Below, one piece after another: positions 28,414-38,473 of a DNA stretch of 64,000 nucleotides. The notes below the pieces were generated by a model, which was given only the letters and a program-made list of their open reading frames with translations, was not told the origin of the DNA and did not search any database. Source of the stretch: Candidatus Zixiibacteriota bacterium (lineage in GTDB: Bacteria; Zixibacteria; MSB-5A5; GN15; FEB-12); contig JAVEYB010000010.1 in NCBI GenBank assembly GCA_034003725.1, forward strand, positions 44,654 through 108,653, in the 5' to 3' direction. Numbering within the stretch: position 1 is the stretch's first letter; each line of letters begins with the position of its first letter. The translations under genes and the position numbers were made by a program.

Positions 28414-31400
28414 TTACAACCCCCCCGCCACCAGCCACGCCACCGAGAAACGGAAATCGGTCTCCTTCTCCCCCGGGGCCGGGTGGTTCAGGTAGATCGG
28501 GAAATCGATTCGCACGCGGTGCCGGCCGCCTTTCCAAAACGGCGGGAACGTGAATGACGGCCCGGCCGAAACATACCACTCCCGGCTTGTACCATACGCA
28601 CTCGTCTCGTTTGACGCGATCGGCTCCGGATATTGCGCTTCCTTGCCGTTCATCGTAACCGCGGCGGCGTCGAGAAACACCAAATTGTCTGTCCGGGCAA
28701 GCCACGATCCGATCCACGGAACCCGGTTGAACCAGCGAAACGGCAGAAGATCCGGCGGCGTGTACTCCAGCGAGCCTCCAACCGCCTCCGTAACAAAAAC
28801 GGTGCGATCCTGATAGCCGCGCACGCGCCGCTCTGCCAGGTAGAAGTCGTCTTCCCAGTCAGTCGGGAAGGTGCCGGGGGAACGAAAGACCGGCGCTTCA
28901 GTGAAACGATCCACCGCCGGGGCACGGCTTATGTGACGGAGGAACTGGGAGGGCGGCGCGCCGGAAACATTGAGCACTTCGGCGCGGAGCGACAACCAGG
29001 TTCGAGACCGCGAGGTGAAGTCGACGGTCATAACGAAAGCGTTTTCGAAAAACCCTCGTCGCTCATCGGAAAAAGCATACCGTCCCACCCGCGCGCGCTC
29101 TTCGAATGACAGCGACCCGTAACGGTGGGTTTTCAGCCATCCGGTTTCCAAATCCACGTAGATGGTCGATGTCTGGTCCCACGGCTGGCCTTCGAAATAC
29201 CGGCGCGTGTCATACTGAATGGGGTCGAACCGGTTTCCCTGCGCGCTGTCGGTGTCGTCAAAATCCAGGTAGTTCAACTCGACCCGAATCCAGCTTTGGT
29301 CGGGGCGCGAGTACTTCGGCTTACTGATGACATCGTACGACGTGGAACTGAATTGACGCTGGTCTGAAAACATCCATCGATGGGCGCCATAGCCGAAGCG
29401 GGACGGGAAGCTGACGGGTCCGGCAATGGAAAAGTCGAAAAACGGGTCACCGGAACGAGTGGCCCAGCGGAAGTCGACACTGTGTTGCCCGCGCGTTTCC
29501 AGAAACGACCCGTGCGAATGAACGCCGATCTGCAGACCGTTGATATCGTCGTACCAGAGGTCCGGGCGAATTCGCATCGCCTGCTTGTCGATCGGCGTCC
29601 GGTCGTACAACAGGTTGTCCAGCCGGACTTCGGTCGGCGGGATAAACCAGAAGGTCGGCGCCACGTTGTTGCGGCGGTCGATATCCATCAGCAGTTCGTG
29701 GGGATCGACGACGATTTTGTCGATGCGGCGTTTGGCTCGTATGGTGAATTTGTACTTGTCGTTGGGCATGCGGAACTGCTTCCACTCGGGCGCCATCCGG
29801 TAGCCGGGTTTCTGAAAGCCCATCCCTTCGGGCGCAACGGTGTAGAAGGTCGTGTCTCCCTGCTCCCAGATGACGGCAAGGTCGACGGGGGCGACAAATT
29901 CGCCGGGTCGCCGGAGCCGGATCTCGTGAACGTACTCCCCGCCGAATTGATCGACCGACATGCCGTCATACGCATAGTCCAGCCGCTCGTCGCCGTGGTA
30001 CCATTGGCGGAGATACTCGTCGAGTTCGAGCCCCGAGCTTTGCTCCATGCTGCGGAGGAAGTCTTCTTCGTAGGGGTGCTTGAAGAGCCAGTCGGCGCAG
30101 TACGAGCGCATGGCATCGAAATACGCCGAGTCGCCGAGTATGGACCGCAGCGAATAGTGCATGGCGGCCGACTTGTAGTAGGCGGACACGCGCCACGGCC
30201 AGTATTCCTCGCCGCGATCGTACGAGAAAACCATCGGTTGGTCGTAGCCCTGTTCCATCAGCAGCAACAGGGGACGAAACCCGCGCTGGTTGCGGTCGGT
30301 GATGGGCGGTTCGAACGCCTTCTGGTAGAAATTGCGCGGGTAGTTGAGATTTCGATCGCGGCCGAGGTATTTCTCCATGGCGATATGTTCGGCGTGCGTC
30401 GTGAAGCCCTCGTCGAGAAACGGGCGGTCGATCTGGTTTGAACCGATCTGCCCCATAAACCACTGGTGCCCGATCTCGTGATAGAGCAGGAGCGCGAAAT
30501 ACGGCGACGGCGAACCGCCCTCGCAGTTGGTGAGCATGGGGTACTCCATGCCGGAGTAGGCGTCGCAGATGCGGATGACCGGCCACTGGTACGGCAGGAA
30601 AAGGTCGGAGTACGTTTCGATGGACTGGACGCCCAACAGGGCGGCATCGCGCCACCGCTCGGCGTTGTGTCGGAGCGCGTACGCGACGACTTCGACGCCG
30701 TTGACCGTATCGCTGTCGATGCACCAGTTCGCTGAGGCGCTGAACACGAAGTCATTGACGTTTTCGGCGAGATAAAGCCAGGTTTTAGTGGCGCGCTGAT
30801 CGGTTTCTATGACCGGCCACTCGCTGCGAGGTTTGCGGAAATTTGCGATATCGAGGGCGGCGCGAAGGTCAGGCGGGAGCATCTCCTGTTCGTTGACGCA
30901 CACGCCGGTGGCCGCGACAATCATGGGCGACGGGGCGGTGATAGCTACGTCATACCAGCCGTAGTCGCCATAGTTCTCCCCCCATCCGAGATACTGCGCA
31001 TTGACCCAGCCAAGGACGCGGTCGTAGACGCAGGCCTGCGGGAACCAGTAAGCGGCCCGCACGACTCCGCGGACTGTGCCCATACGCATCCGGGAAGGAC
31101 TGGGGAGGGTCGTCTTGAAACCGAACACGAGATCACAGGCGTGGCCGGGCGGGAGAGGTTCCTGCAGGCGAACCGCGATGATACTGTTGTCAAATTCAAA
31201 GGAACGGTGTGCGCTCGGATCGACAACGAACGGATCGCCGTCCCTCAGCTCGAACAGCTCCAGCCGCCCTTCCTGTCCGGGCTTCAGCGAGGCGTACGAG
31301 TAATCGAGCTGGCGACGCTGCTTGCGATCGGCGTACGAGTCTTTTTGAATCGCATTCGGCCACGCTTTCAGATAGATGACGGAGAGCGTATCGGGTGAGT

Positions 31401-31599
31401 TGTTGTTGTAGTCGATCGCGATTTTTCCATCGATGGTACGCAGATCCGGTTGCAGGGTGATCTCCATCCGGTAATTGACTTCCTGCTGCCAGTAATCGCC
31501 GGGGACGGAGGACGCCGGGCAGATTGCGGACGTGAAGATGAGGGTGGCGACGAACAGAACGACAGGCAACACGGTGCGACGCGCGGCTGTAAGAACCAT
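28414..31599 (-). CDS. M1-family (gluzincin) metallopeptidase with a long C-terminal beta-barrel-like extension
   Basis: Signal peptide MVLTAARRTVLPVVLFVATLIFTSAICPA from the ATG at 31599 (GGGGAG upstream). Exopeptidase-type motif YSGMEYPMLTN. Zinc site HEIGHQWF-X18-E (LLYHEIGHQWFMGQIGSNQIDRPFLDEG). The last ~450 aa are rich in alternating beta-strand-like segments, with RRVRGYQDR and FLDAAAV reminiscent of Omp85-type barrels; that part is weak. Confidence 0.75.
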   Translation of the reverse strand: MVLTAARRTVLPVVLFVATLIFTSAICPASSVPGDYWQQEVNYRMEITLQPDLRTIDGKIAIDYNNNSPDTLSVIYLKAWPNAIQKDSYADRKQRRQLDYSYASLKPGQEGRLELFELRDGDPFVVDPSAHRSFEFDNSIIAVRLQEPLPPGHACDLVFGFKTTLPSPSRMRMGTVRGVVRAAYWFPQACVYDRVLGWVNAQYLGWGENYGDYGWYDVAITAPSPMIVAATGVCVNEQEMLPPDLRAALDIANFRKPRSEWPVIETDQRATKTWLYLAENVNDFVFSASANWCIDSDTVNGVEVVAYALRHNAERWRDAALLGVQSIETYSDLFLPYQWPVIRICDAYSGMEYPMLTNCEGGSPSPYFALLLYHEIGHQWFMGQIGSNQIDRPFLDEGFTTHAEHIAMEKYLGRDRNLNYPRNFYQKAFEPPITDRNQRGFRPLLLLMEQGYDQPMVFSYDRGEEYWPWRVSAYYKSAAMHYSLRSILGDSAYFDAMRSYCADWLFKHPYEEDFLRSMEQSSGLELDEYLRQWYHGDERLDYAYDGMSVDQFGGEYVHEIRLRRPGEFVAPVDLAVIWEQGDTTFYTVAPEGMGFQKPGYRMAPEWKQFRMPNDKYKFTIRAKRRIDKIVVDPHELLMDIDRRNNVAPTFWFIPPTEVRLDNLLYDRTPIDKQAMRIRPDLWYDDINGLQIGVHSHGSFLETRGQHSVDFRWATRSGDPFFDFSIAGPVSFPSRFGYGAHRWMFSDQRQFSSTSYDVISKPKYSRPDQSWIRVELNYLDFDDTDSAQGNRFDPIQYDTRRYFEGQPWDQTSTIYVDLETGWLKTHRYGSLSFEERARVGRYAFSDERRGFFENAFVMTVDFTSRSRTWLSLRAEVLNVSGAPPSQFLRHISRAPAVDRFTEAPVFRSPGTFPTDWEDDFYLAERRVRGYQDRTVFVTEAVGGSLEYTPPDLLPFRWFNRVPWIGSWLARTDNLVFLDAAAVTMNGKEAQYPEPIASNETSAYGTSREWYVSAGPSFTFPPFWKGGRHRVRIDFPIYLNHPAPGEKETDFRFSVAWLVAGGL

Positions 31600-31764
31600 A
31601 CTTCTCCCCAGAGAGGAATTTCGATGAATAATCACGCCAAGATAGCTGGTACGGGGTGGGCGGTACAAGGGAATTGTCCCGAGCAGTCTGCGTCGGGGCG
31701 CCGGATTCCCGACACAGGTGCCGTCAGACGTGTCGCCTGACGGCACGTAGGTCGGAATGCGGGA

Positions 31765-32550
31765 TCAATGTCCCGAGAATTTCGGCGGGCGCTTTTCGAG
31801 GAAAGCCTCGCAGCCTTCGTTTTTGTCGCCGGTCCCGCAGACGGCGCCGAAGTTGGCTTTCTCCAGGTCACAGCCGGCGGTGAGGTTGACATCGAGCCCA
31901 CGGTTGATACACTCTTTGGCCATCGCAATCGCCAGCGGACCACGCAAGCAAATGGTGTTGGCCATCGCCATCGCCTTTTCCATGAGCTGTTCGGGCGGGT
32001 AGACGGCTTCGACCAGCCCGATCCGGTATGCTTCCGCAGCATCGACCATATCGCCGGTCATGATCATCTGCATGGCCTTGCCCCGGCCGACCTGACGGGC
32101 GAGGCGCTGGGTACCGCCGAATCCGGGAATGACGCCCAGGTTTACCTCGGGCTGGCCGAGCTTGGCTTTTTCGGAGGCAAGCCGGATGTCGCAGGCGAGA
32201 GCGAGTTCACACCCGCCGCCAAGCGCAAATCCGTTGATGGCGGCGATAACGGGCCGCGGGAAATTCTGGATCGTCTTCATCAGGTAGAGCCCCTGGGCGG
32301 AGAAGTCCGTGCCGCTGCGGACGTCGAGATCGGCGATTTCGCTGATGTCGGCGCCGGCGACAAACGCCTTGTCACCCGATCCCGTGATCACGACGCAGCC
32401 GATCGTGTCGTCTTTCCAGTGATAGTGGAGCATCTGCTGGAGTTCGATGACCGTCTCCATGTTCAGCGCATTGAGCGCACGAGGGCGGTTTATGGTCACG
32501 ACCAGTACCTTGTCCTTGCGCTCGACCAGGATGTTTTTGTATTCCGTCAT
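31765..32550 (-). CDS. Enoyl-CoA hydratase (crotonase family)
   Basis: VVTINRPRALNALN...VVITGSGDKAFVAGADI...AAINGFALGGGCELALACDIRLA. Confidence 0.92.
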   Translation of the reverse strand: MTEYKNILVERKDKVLVVTINRPRALNALNMETVIELQQMLHYHWKDDTIGCVVITGSGDKAFVAGADISEIADLDVRSGTDFSAQGLYLMKTIQNFPRPVIAAINGFALGGGCELALACDIRLASEKAKLGQPEVNLGVIPGFGGTQRLARQVGRGKAMQMIMTGDMVDAAEAYRIGLVEAVYPPEQLMEKAMAMANTICLRGPLAIAMAKECINRGLDVNLTAGCDLEKANFGAVCGTGDKNEGCEAFLEKRPPKFSGH

Positions 32551-32584
32551 GCGTCTTGCCCTTCCGTCAGTCTATGCATTCACG

Positions 32585-33445
32585 TTATTTCTTGGCGTAA
32601 TCGTAGAAACCGCGGCCGGTCTTTTTGCCCATATAGCCGGCGTTGACCATGCGCCGAAGCAGCGGTGGAGCCGCGTAGTGGGAGTCTTTGAACTCCTCGA
32701 ACATGATGTCCGCGATGTACAGGATCGTGTCGAGACCGATGAAATCGGTCAGGGTCAGCGGTCCCATGGGATGCCCGCAGCCGAGCATCATGGCGTTGTC
32801 GATATCTTCCCGGCTGGCCAGACCGCGCTCGTACTGGCGGATACCATCGAGCAGGTACGGCACCAGCAGCACGTTGGCCACGAAGCCGGGCGAGTCCTTG
32901 GCGGTGACACAGGTCTTGCCGACCGACTCCGCAAACGCGAAGGCGGCCTCAAACGTGGCATCGGAAGTGTCGATCGTGCGTACGACCTCGCACAGCTTCA
33001 TGATCGGGACGGGATTGAAAAAGTGCAGCCCGACAAACCGGTCCCGGCGTGTCGTGACCGCGGCCATGTCGCTGATGGACAGCGAGGACGTGTTGGACGC
33101 AAAGATGGTATGATCGTGGCAGATGCCGTCGAGGGCGAGATAGACTTCTTTTTTCGCCTCCAGGCTCTCGACGACCGCCTCGCAGATCAGATCGCACTGC
33201 CTGAGGTCGGCGGGATCGGTGTGAAGGCTGATGTTTCCGAGGACTTTGCTTTTGAGAGCCTGATCGGCTTTCCCCTTTTCGATCGCTCTGTCCAGCGACC
33301 GGGTGATATACCCCAGCCCGCGTTGAACCGCCTCAGAGGAGATATCGCACGCCAGCACCGTGTAGCCGGCGGCCGCGGCGACCTGCCCGATGCCGGAGCC
33401 CATCTGGCCGAATCCGACAATACCGACTCTTGCGATCATACACAC
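32585..33445 (-). CDS. hbd: 3-hydroxyacyl-CoA (3-hydroxybutyryl-CoA) dehydrogenase
   Basis: VGIVGFGQMGSGIGQVAA Rossmann start; FASNTSSLSI; HFFNPVPIMKLCEVV; GFVANVLLVPY. Confidence 0.92.
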   Translation of the reverse strand: MCMIARVGIVGFGQMGSGIGQVAAAAGYTVLACDISSEAVQRGLGYITRSLDRAIEKGKADQALKSKVLGNISLHTDPADLRQCDLICEAVVESLEAKKEVYLALDGICHDHTIFASNTSSLSISDMAAVTTRRDRFVGLHFFNPVPIMKLCEVVRTIDTSDATFEAAFAFAESVGKTCVTAKDSPGFVANVLLVPYLLDGIRQYERGLASREDIDNAMMLGCGHPMGPLTLTDFIGLDTILYIADIMFEEFKDSHYAAPPLLRRMVNAGYMGKKTGRGFYDYAKK

Positions 33446-33466
33446 CTCCCATACACATCTATGCGC

Positions 33467-33952
33467 TTAGTCATGTCTTTCGACGATACGGGTGAGATAC
33501 AGACCGGGGCGATCGTGTGTCGTCCCGGCTACCGTGAACCCGGATTTCAGGTAGCAGCCCAGCGCGGAGCGGTTGTCCCAGTCGACCGTCAAAAAGACCT
33601 TAGCGATATCCTTGCGACGGCCGGCGATTTCACACAGCAGGGACAGCATCTTGCAGCCGTAGCCGTTCCGGCGGCGTTTCGGATCTACCAGCAGGCGCTT
33701 GATTTCCAGGCCCATCTCGATCGGATGCGACCACAATTCGGCATAGGCGACCGGCCCGTTCCCCGACAACAGCAGGTAGGACGTCATTTCTTCGGTCTGC
33801 CACTCGTCGACAATCTCCTCTGCGGGGGGGTACTCGGCGGCAATGTCAAGGTCGGCGGCCGTCTGCTCGGTTTCAATCCAGGAGCGGACGGTGCGGGCGT
33901 ATTCGGACGTGTACTTGATAATATCCGCTTTGACGCGGGTCGAGTCGCTCAC
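33467..33952 (-). CDS. GNAT-family N-acetyltransferase
   Basis: LLVDPKRRRNGYGCKMLSLLCEIAG...ALGCYLKSGF. It is co-directional with hbd and crotonase, 21 nt upstream of hbd. Confidence 0.8.
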   Translation of the reverse strand: MSDSTRVKADIIKYTSEYARTVRSWIETEQTAADLDIAAEYPPAEEIVDEWQTEEMTSYLLLSGNGPVAYAELWSHPIEMGLEIKRLLVDPKRRRNGYGCKMLSLLCEIAGRRKDIAKVFLTVDWDNRSALGCYLKSGFTVAGTTHDRPGLYLTRIVERHD

Positions 33953-34188
33953 CGGGGCATTCCTTCGGGTTTCATCAGGCAGGGAATATAATCAATCGGC
34001 CGGGGCACAGCAACCGGGACGCTTCGAATCAGAGCGGAATCGGCGCGACCTGCAACATTGGCGGTTCCCACGCTGTCTAACTTTCCACAGTGGCATACGG
34101 GGAATCGTCCGATAAACCGATCCGCCGCTATATGCCGCTGTGCGACAGATTCTTAATAACCTTTTGCAGAAGATGGCGGGGAATCCAT

Positions 34189-35508
34189 ATGGCCAAAAAG
34201 ACGTTCACGACCAGGCGGATCATCACCGGATTGGTCGTCATTGTCATCGTGATTGTCGTGATCGTAAATCTGCGCAGTTCAGAAAACGGTCGCACCATGG
34301 TTCAGGCCGATCTCGCGTATCGCGACAACATCTCCGAGATCGTCACGGCATCGGGACGGATTCAACCCCAGACCAGCGTTGATATTGTCGCCGAGGTGTC
34401 GGCCGAGATTCTTCGCGTCTGTGTCAACGACGGTGATCGAGTCTCCCGCGCCGACCTGCTGCTGCTCCTGGACACCGTCCAGGCGAAGTCGGATGTTGAG
34501 CAGTCGCGGTTTTCGCTCGATGAATTGTCGGCCCGGGCGGAGGCTGCGCGCACGCAGCGGGACAAAAACGAACTCGAATTCGAGCGCCAGCAGCGGCTTT
34601 TCGAGCAGAAGCTGACGTCGGAGACCGCTTACACCGACGCGCGGTTTGCATTTGAAAGCTCGGCCGCCGAGTACGATGCGATGCTGGCGCAGGTAAAAAC
34701 CGGCAAGGCCCGCCTCGAGAAAGCCGAGGATAACCTGGCGAAAACCAGGATCGTGGCGCCCATGGACGGTGTGATAACATTCGTGAACGCCGAGGCGGGT
34801 GAAATTGCGCAGGCCCAGACGTCTTTCACCCAGGGCAAGACCCTGATGACAATCGCGGACCTGTCGGTGTTCGAGGTGGAAGTCGATGTCGACGAGACGG
34901 AGATCGCCAGACTGCATCTCGACCAGCGGGCGGACATCCGGGTTGACGCATTCCGGGACACGGCGTTTGCCGGGCGGGTCGTCGAGATCGGCAACTCGGC
35001 GAAAATCTCCGGACAGGGCACCGACAATTACATGACCAGTTTCCGGGTGAAGGTGCGTTTCACGGATTCGGTGGCGTCGGTGCGCCCGGGCATGTCGGCG
35101 ACCGTTGATATCGAAGTGGCCTCGGAGAGAAACGCGCTGTTGATACCGTACGCGGCGGTCGTCACGCGCGAATTCGACCGGGACTCCAGCGGCACAGTCG
35201 ATGATTCGCTTGATGGTACGCTGGCCTCCGCCGGTATCGAAAGCGACGAAGCGCCGGAGGGAAGCGGCAGACCGAAGAGCGCGGGAAAGGTCAAGAAGTC
35301 CGGCGTCTTTCTGTGTGAAAACGGCAAAGCGCGATTCATCGAAGTCCGGACCGGGATCGCCGACGAGCGCAACATCGTCGCGCTTTCGGGGGTCTCCGAC
35401 GGGGATACGGTCATCTCCGGATCATTCAAGACGCTTCGGGAACTCACCGACAGCACCCTGGTTGTCATTGACGAACGATCCATAAATGTCATGGTGGAGC
35501 GCAAGTAA
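34189..35508 (+). CDS. Efflux periplasmic adaptor (HlyD/MacA family membrane-fusion protein)
   Basis: N-terminal TM (MAKKTFTTRRIITGLVVIVIVIVVIV), coiled-coil hairpin region, and lipoyl/beta-barrel motifs (TRIVAPMDGVITFVNAEAGE, GMSATVDIE). The start is moved to the ATG at 34189. Confidence 0.85.
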   Translation: MAKKTFTTRRIITGLVVIVIVIVVIVNLRSSENGRTMVQADLAYRDNISEIVTASGRIQPQTSVDIVAEVSAEILRVCVNDGDRVSRADLLLLLDTVQAKSDVEQSRFSLDELSARAEAARTQRDKNELEFERQQRLFEQKLTSETAYTDARFAFESSAAEYDAMLAQVKTGKARLEKAEDNLAKTRIVAPMDGVITFVNAEAGEIAQAQTSFTQGKTLMTIADLSVFEVEVDVDETEIARLHLDQRADIRVDAFRDTAFAGRVVEIGNSAKISGQGTDNYMTSFRVKVRFTDSVASVRPGMSATVDIEVASERNALLIPYAAVVTREFDRDSSGTVDDSLDGTLASAGIESDEAPEGSGRPKSAGKVKKSGVFLCENGKARFIEVRTGIADERNIVALSGVSDGDTVISGSFKTLRELTDSTLVVIDERSINVMVERK

Positions 35509-35529
35509 CCGCCGCGCGCAGGTCGATAC

Positions 35530-36759
35530 ATGGTATTTCTGTCCCTGCTCACAGAGTCGGTTGCGGCCCTCTGGGCGAACCGTCTTCGCTCGGGTCTCAC
35601 CATTTTGGGGATGGTGATGGGCGTCACCTCGGTGATCGCGATCGTCTCTACGGTCGAAGGCATGCAGAAGAGCATCGAAGACGTTTTCGCATCGATGGGC
35701 ACCAACGCCTTTATGGTGACCCGGTTCGGGTTCAACCTGACGATGGAGGAGTATCTCGAACGGCGACGCCGCAAGCCGCTCACCCGGGGACTGGTTGACG
35801 TCATCGAGGACGGATGTCCGGACTGCCGTCATATCGGTGCACAGGGGTTCGCGGGTGCGGACGTTAAATTCGGATCGCGACGCCTCACCGGAGTCGAGAT
35901 TCAGGGACAAACACCGGCCATCATGGATATCCAGAATATCGATGTGGCGATGGGGCGGTACCTGACCGAGGAGGACGACGTCCGTCGCCAGCGATTCGCT
36001 TTTATCGGCGCGGAGATCTACGAGAAGCTGTTCGACGAGACAGGCGACCCGGTGGGCGAGCGAATTCGTGTCAACGCGGAAGAGTTTACGGTGATCGGGG
36101 TGGCCGAGAAACTCGGCAACAGCGACATGATCGACGGGATCGACAACTTCGTCGCCATTCCGCTGTCGACGCACCAGAAGCTGTTTCGACAGCCGGGCGA
36201 CCCGGTGATGCTGTACATGGATGCGGCGTCGGCCGAGGAGCGGGAGCGGGCGATGGACCAGGTACGGGTCGTGCTTCGTTCGGCCCGGCGACTCACCTAC
36301 GACGACAAGGACGATTTCGAGGTCGTCACGCCGGAGGCGATCCTGACGTTTGTCAACGACGTCACCCGGGCATTCCGGGTGCTCTTAGTCTCTCTCCCGC
36401 TTCTGTCAATCGTCGTGGGAGGCATCGTCATCATGAACATCATGATGATCTCGGTAACCGAGCGCACGCGGGAAATCGGAATCCGCAAATCACTCGGCGC
36501 GACCCGTCGGCATATCATGACCCAGTTTCTCTACGAGTCATTGGCGTTGTCGCTGGTCGGCGGCCTGATGGGAATTGCGTTCGGGGTAAAACTCGGGCAG
36601 GTGATCCTCCGCGATCTCATGGGCATTCTCATGACGCCGACTACGCTGGGGATTATCCTCGGGTTCGGCATTTCAACGGGTGTCGGTCTCTTTTTCGGGA
36701 TTTACCCGGCGCTGAAGGCCGCCCGTCTCGATCCCATAAAGGCGCTCAGTTATGAGTAG
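35530..36759 (+). CDS. ABC-transporter permease, MacB/FtsX family
   Basis: MacB periplasmic-domain architecture and the C-terminal FtsX motif (ISVTERTREIGIRKSLGATRRHI ... GIYPALKAARLDPIKALSYE). Confidence 0.88.
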   Translation: MVFLSLLTESVAALWANRLRSGLTILGMVMGVTSVIAIVSTVEGMQKSIEDVFASMGTNAFMVTRFGFNLTMEEYLERRRRKPLTRGLVDVIEDGCPDCRHIGAQGFAGADVKFGSRRLTGVEIQGQTPAIMDIQNIDVAMGRYLTEEDDVRRQRFAFIGAEIYEKLFDETGDPVGERIRVNAEEFTVIGVAEKLGNSDMIDGIDNFVAIPLSTHQKLFRQPGDPVMLYMDAASAEERERAMDQVRVVLRSARRLTYDDKDDFEVVTPEAILTFVNDVTRAFRVLLVSLPLLSIVVGGIVIMNIMMISVTERTREIGIRKSLGATRRHIMTQFLYESLALSLVGGLMGIAFGVKLGQVILRDLMGILMTPTTLGIILGFGISTGVGLFFGIYPALKAARLDPIKALSYE

Positions 36760-38005
36760 GGTAAAACTGACGATCGCGCAGGTCCGCGAGGGCGTGCGGC
36801 TTGCCCTCATGGCGATTGCGGCAAACAAGTTTCTGTCGTCGATGACCATATTCGGCGTCACGATCGGTGTCGGGGCGGTCATTCTGGTGAACACCATAAT
36901 GGACGGGTTTCAGGCGTACCTGCTGTCGTCGATCGAAAAGATCGGCAGCAACGTGATGTACATCAGCAAGGGGGACGAAAACACCGATTTCGATGCGCTG
37001 ACCGAGGAGCAGCGTCGACGGAAAGATATTACGATGGACGAAGCGTACGCGATCCGGGAGATGTGCCCGCTGGTGAAGGCGGTCTCCCCCGAAAAGCAGG
37101 CGTACGACAATATCGCACGGTACGGGGACAGGACGGTGCGCAATCCCGACGATTTTCGCGGCTGCTGGCCGGAGCTGGCGGTTGTCACCAACCGCGACTG
37201 CGAATACGGACGCTTTATCGACGAAAACGATCTTCAGCGGGCCGCGCGCGTCTGCGTAATCGGTCCGGAGGTCGCGGACGCGTTGTTTGATTCGCGGGCC
37301 GATGCCGTCGACCGTACGATTCGGGTGAACGGGTTTGAGTTTCGGGTGGTCGGGGTGCAGGAACAGATCGACGATTTCTTCGAGATCAGTGAAAACGATT
37401 ACATCTACATACCGATGACCACGTTCGACCGGCTGTACCCGGATGTCAAAAGTACGATCCTGATGGTGAGCGCCGTTTCGCGCGATCAGTTCCCCGACGC
37501 GCTCGACCAGGTAGTCAATGCGCTTCGCCGGGTGCGCGGGCTTCGCTCCGAAGATGAGAACAACTTCAGTGTGGAGACACAGGTCAAATTCGAAGAGCAG
37601 GTAACCCGGATCACGGCCAATATCAAACTGGGCGCGGTGGCCGTGGCGATCGTGGGGCTTCTCGTGGGGGTGATCGGCGTGATGAATATCATGCTGGTGT
37701 CGGTGACACAACGAACTCGGGAGATTGGAGTGCGCAAGGCGGTGGGCGCACGCCGCGCGAATATCCTGTTCCAGTTTTTGGTAGAGGCGGCGACATTGAC
37801 GGGTGTCGGCGGCGCCGTCGGCATCGTGGTGGGCGCCCTCGTGGGCCTGATCGTGACCTCGTCGCTGGACTGGGCCTATTATCTTTCGCCGCTGTGGGCG
37901 GCGATCGGGCTGGCTATGTCCGCGGGGACGGGACTTGCGGCAGGAGTTTACCCGGCGTGGCGCGCCTCGCGGGTTGATCCGATTGTCGCACTTCGGTACG
38001 AGTGA
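36752..38005 (+). CDS. ABC-transporter permease, MacB/FtsX family (second copy)
   Basis: VSVTQRTREIGVRKAVGARRANI ... GVYPAWRASRVDPIVALRYE. It overlaps the previous gene by 8 nt. Confidence 0.88.
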   Translation: MSRVKLTIAQVREGVRLALMAIAANKFLSSMTIFGVTIGVGAVILVNTIMDGFQAYLLSSIEKIGSNVMYISKGDENTDFDALTEEQRRRKDITMDEAYAIREMCPLVKAVSPEKQAYDNIARYGDRTVRNPDDFRGCWPELAVVTNRDCEYGRFIDENDLQRAARVCVIGPEVADALFDSRADAVDRTIRVNGFEFRVVGVQEQIDDFFEISENDYIYIPMTTFDRLYPDVKSTILMVSAVSRDQFPDALDQVVNALRRVRGLRSEDENNFSVETQVKFEEQVTRITANIKLGAVAVAIVGLLVGVIGVMNIMLVSVTQRTREIGVRKAVGARRANILFQFLVEAATLTGVGGAVGIVVGALVGLIVTSSLDWAYYLSPLWAAIGLAMSAGTGLAAGVYPAWRASRVDPIVALRYE

Positions 38006-38407
38006 TACACGCTATCGTAGACCTATGCCCGCCATAAACGAACCCACGTCAAACAATCGACAGACGACCTGTCGGCAAAAGTGGGTCATCTCACTGACTG
38101 ATGGAACTATCATTCGACCAAGGAATTACAGGGCAAAAAAAGAGCCGCCAGATGAATCTGACGGCACTTTTGCTGGGAGGGTGTATGGTCAGGGCCTATT
38201 GTAGGAATCTTTTTCTATCTTGTCAAGATGTTTTTCATAGACCTTTGTAATACTCTTTTAATCACGTCCACCCTCTTAAACCCTATCGGCCGGTTTGGGG
38301 TTCCCAAACAGCGGAATTTTTCGCCCGTCGGAGGTCTCGACGCCTATCCCGATGGTGGACAACAGATTAATCATGGACCCGTGGGAACCGAGTTGGCCCC
38401 TCCCCCG

Positions 38408-38436
38408 TTGACAATATATCCGGGGCGCGGTATATA
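38408..38436 (+). promoter_or_regulatory. Sigma-70-type promoter upstream of the acyl-CoA dehydrogenase gene
   Basis: TTGACA (38408..38413), a 17-nt spacer, then TATATA (38431..38436). It lies 38 nt before the ATG at 38474. Confidence 0.65.
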
Positions 38437-38473
38437 CCGGATCAACGAGGAATTCATCTGCAGAAAGGCCGAC

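Noticed and set aside
38006-38407. AT-rich 400-bp gap after the permease genes, examined for tRNA, small RNA or small ORFs.
   Set aside because: I could not find a cloverleaf-compatible sequence or a conserved motif. It contains only a terminator-like hairpin (gccgccag…ctgacggc, ~38143..38166) and the promoter of the next gene. A 33-codon minus-strand ORF has no supporting features.
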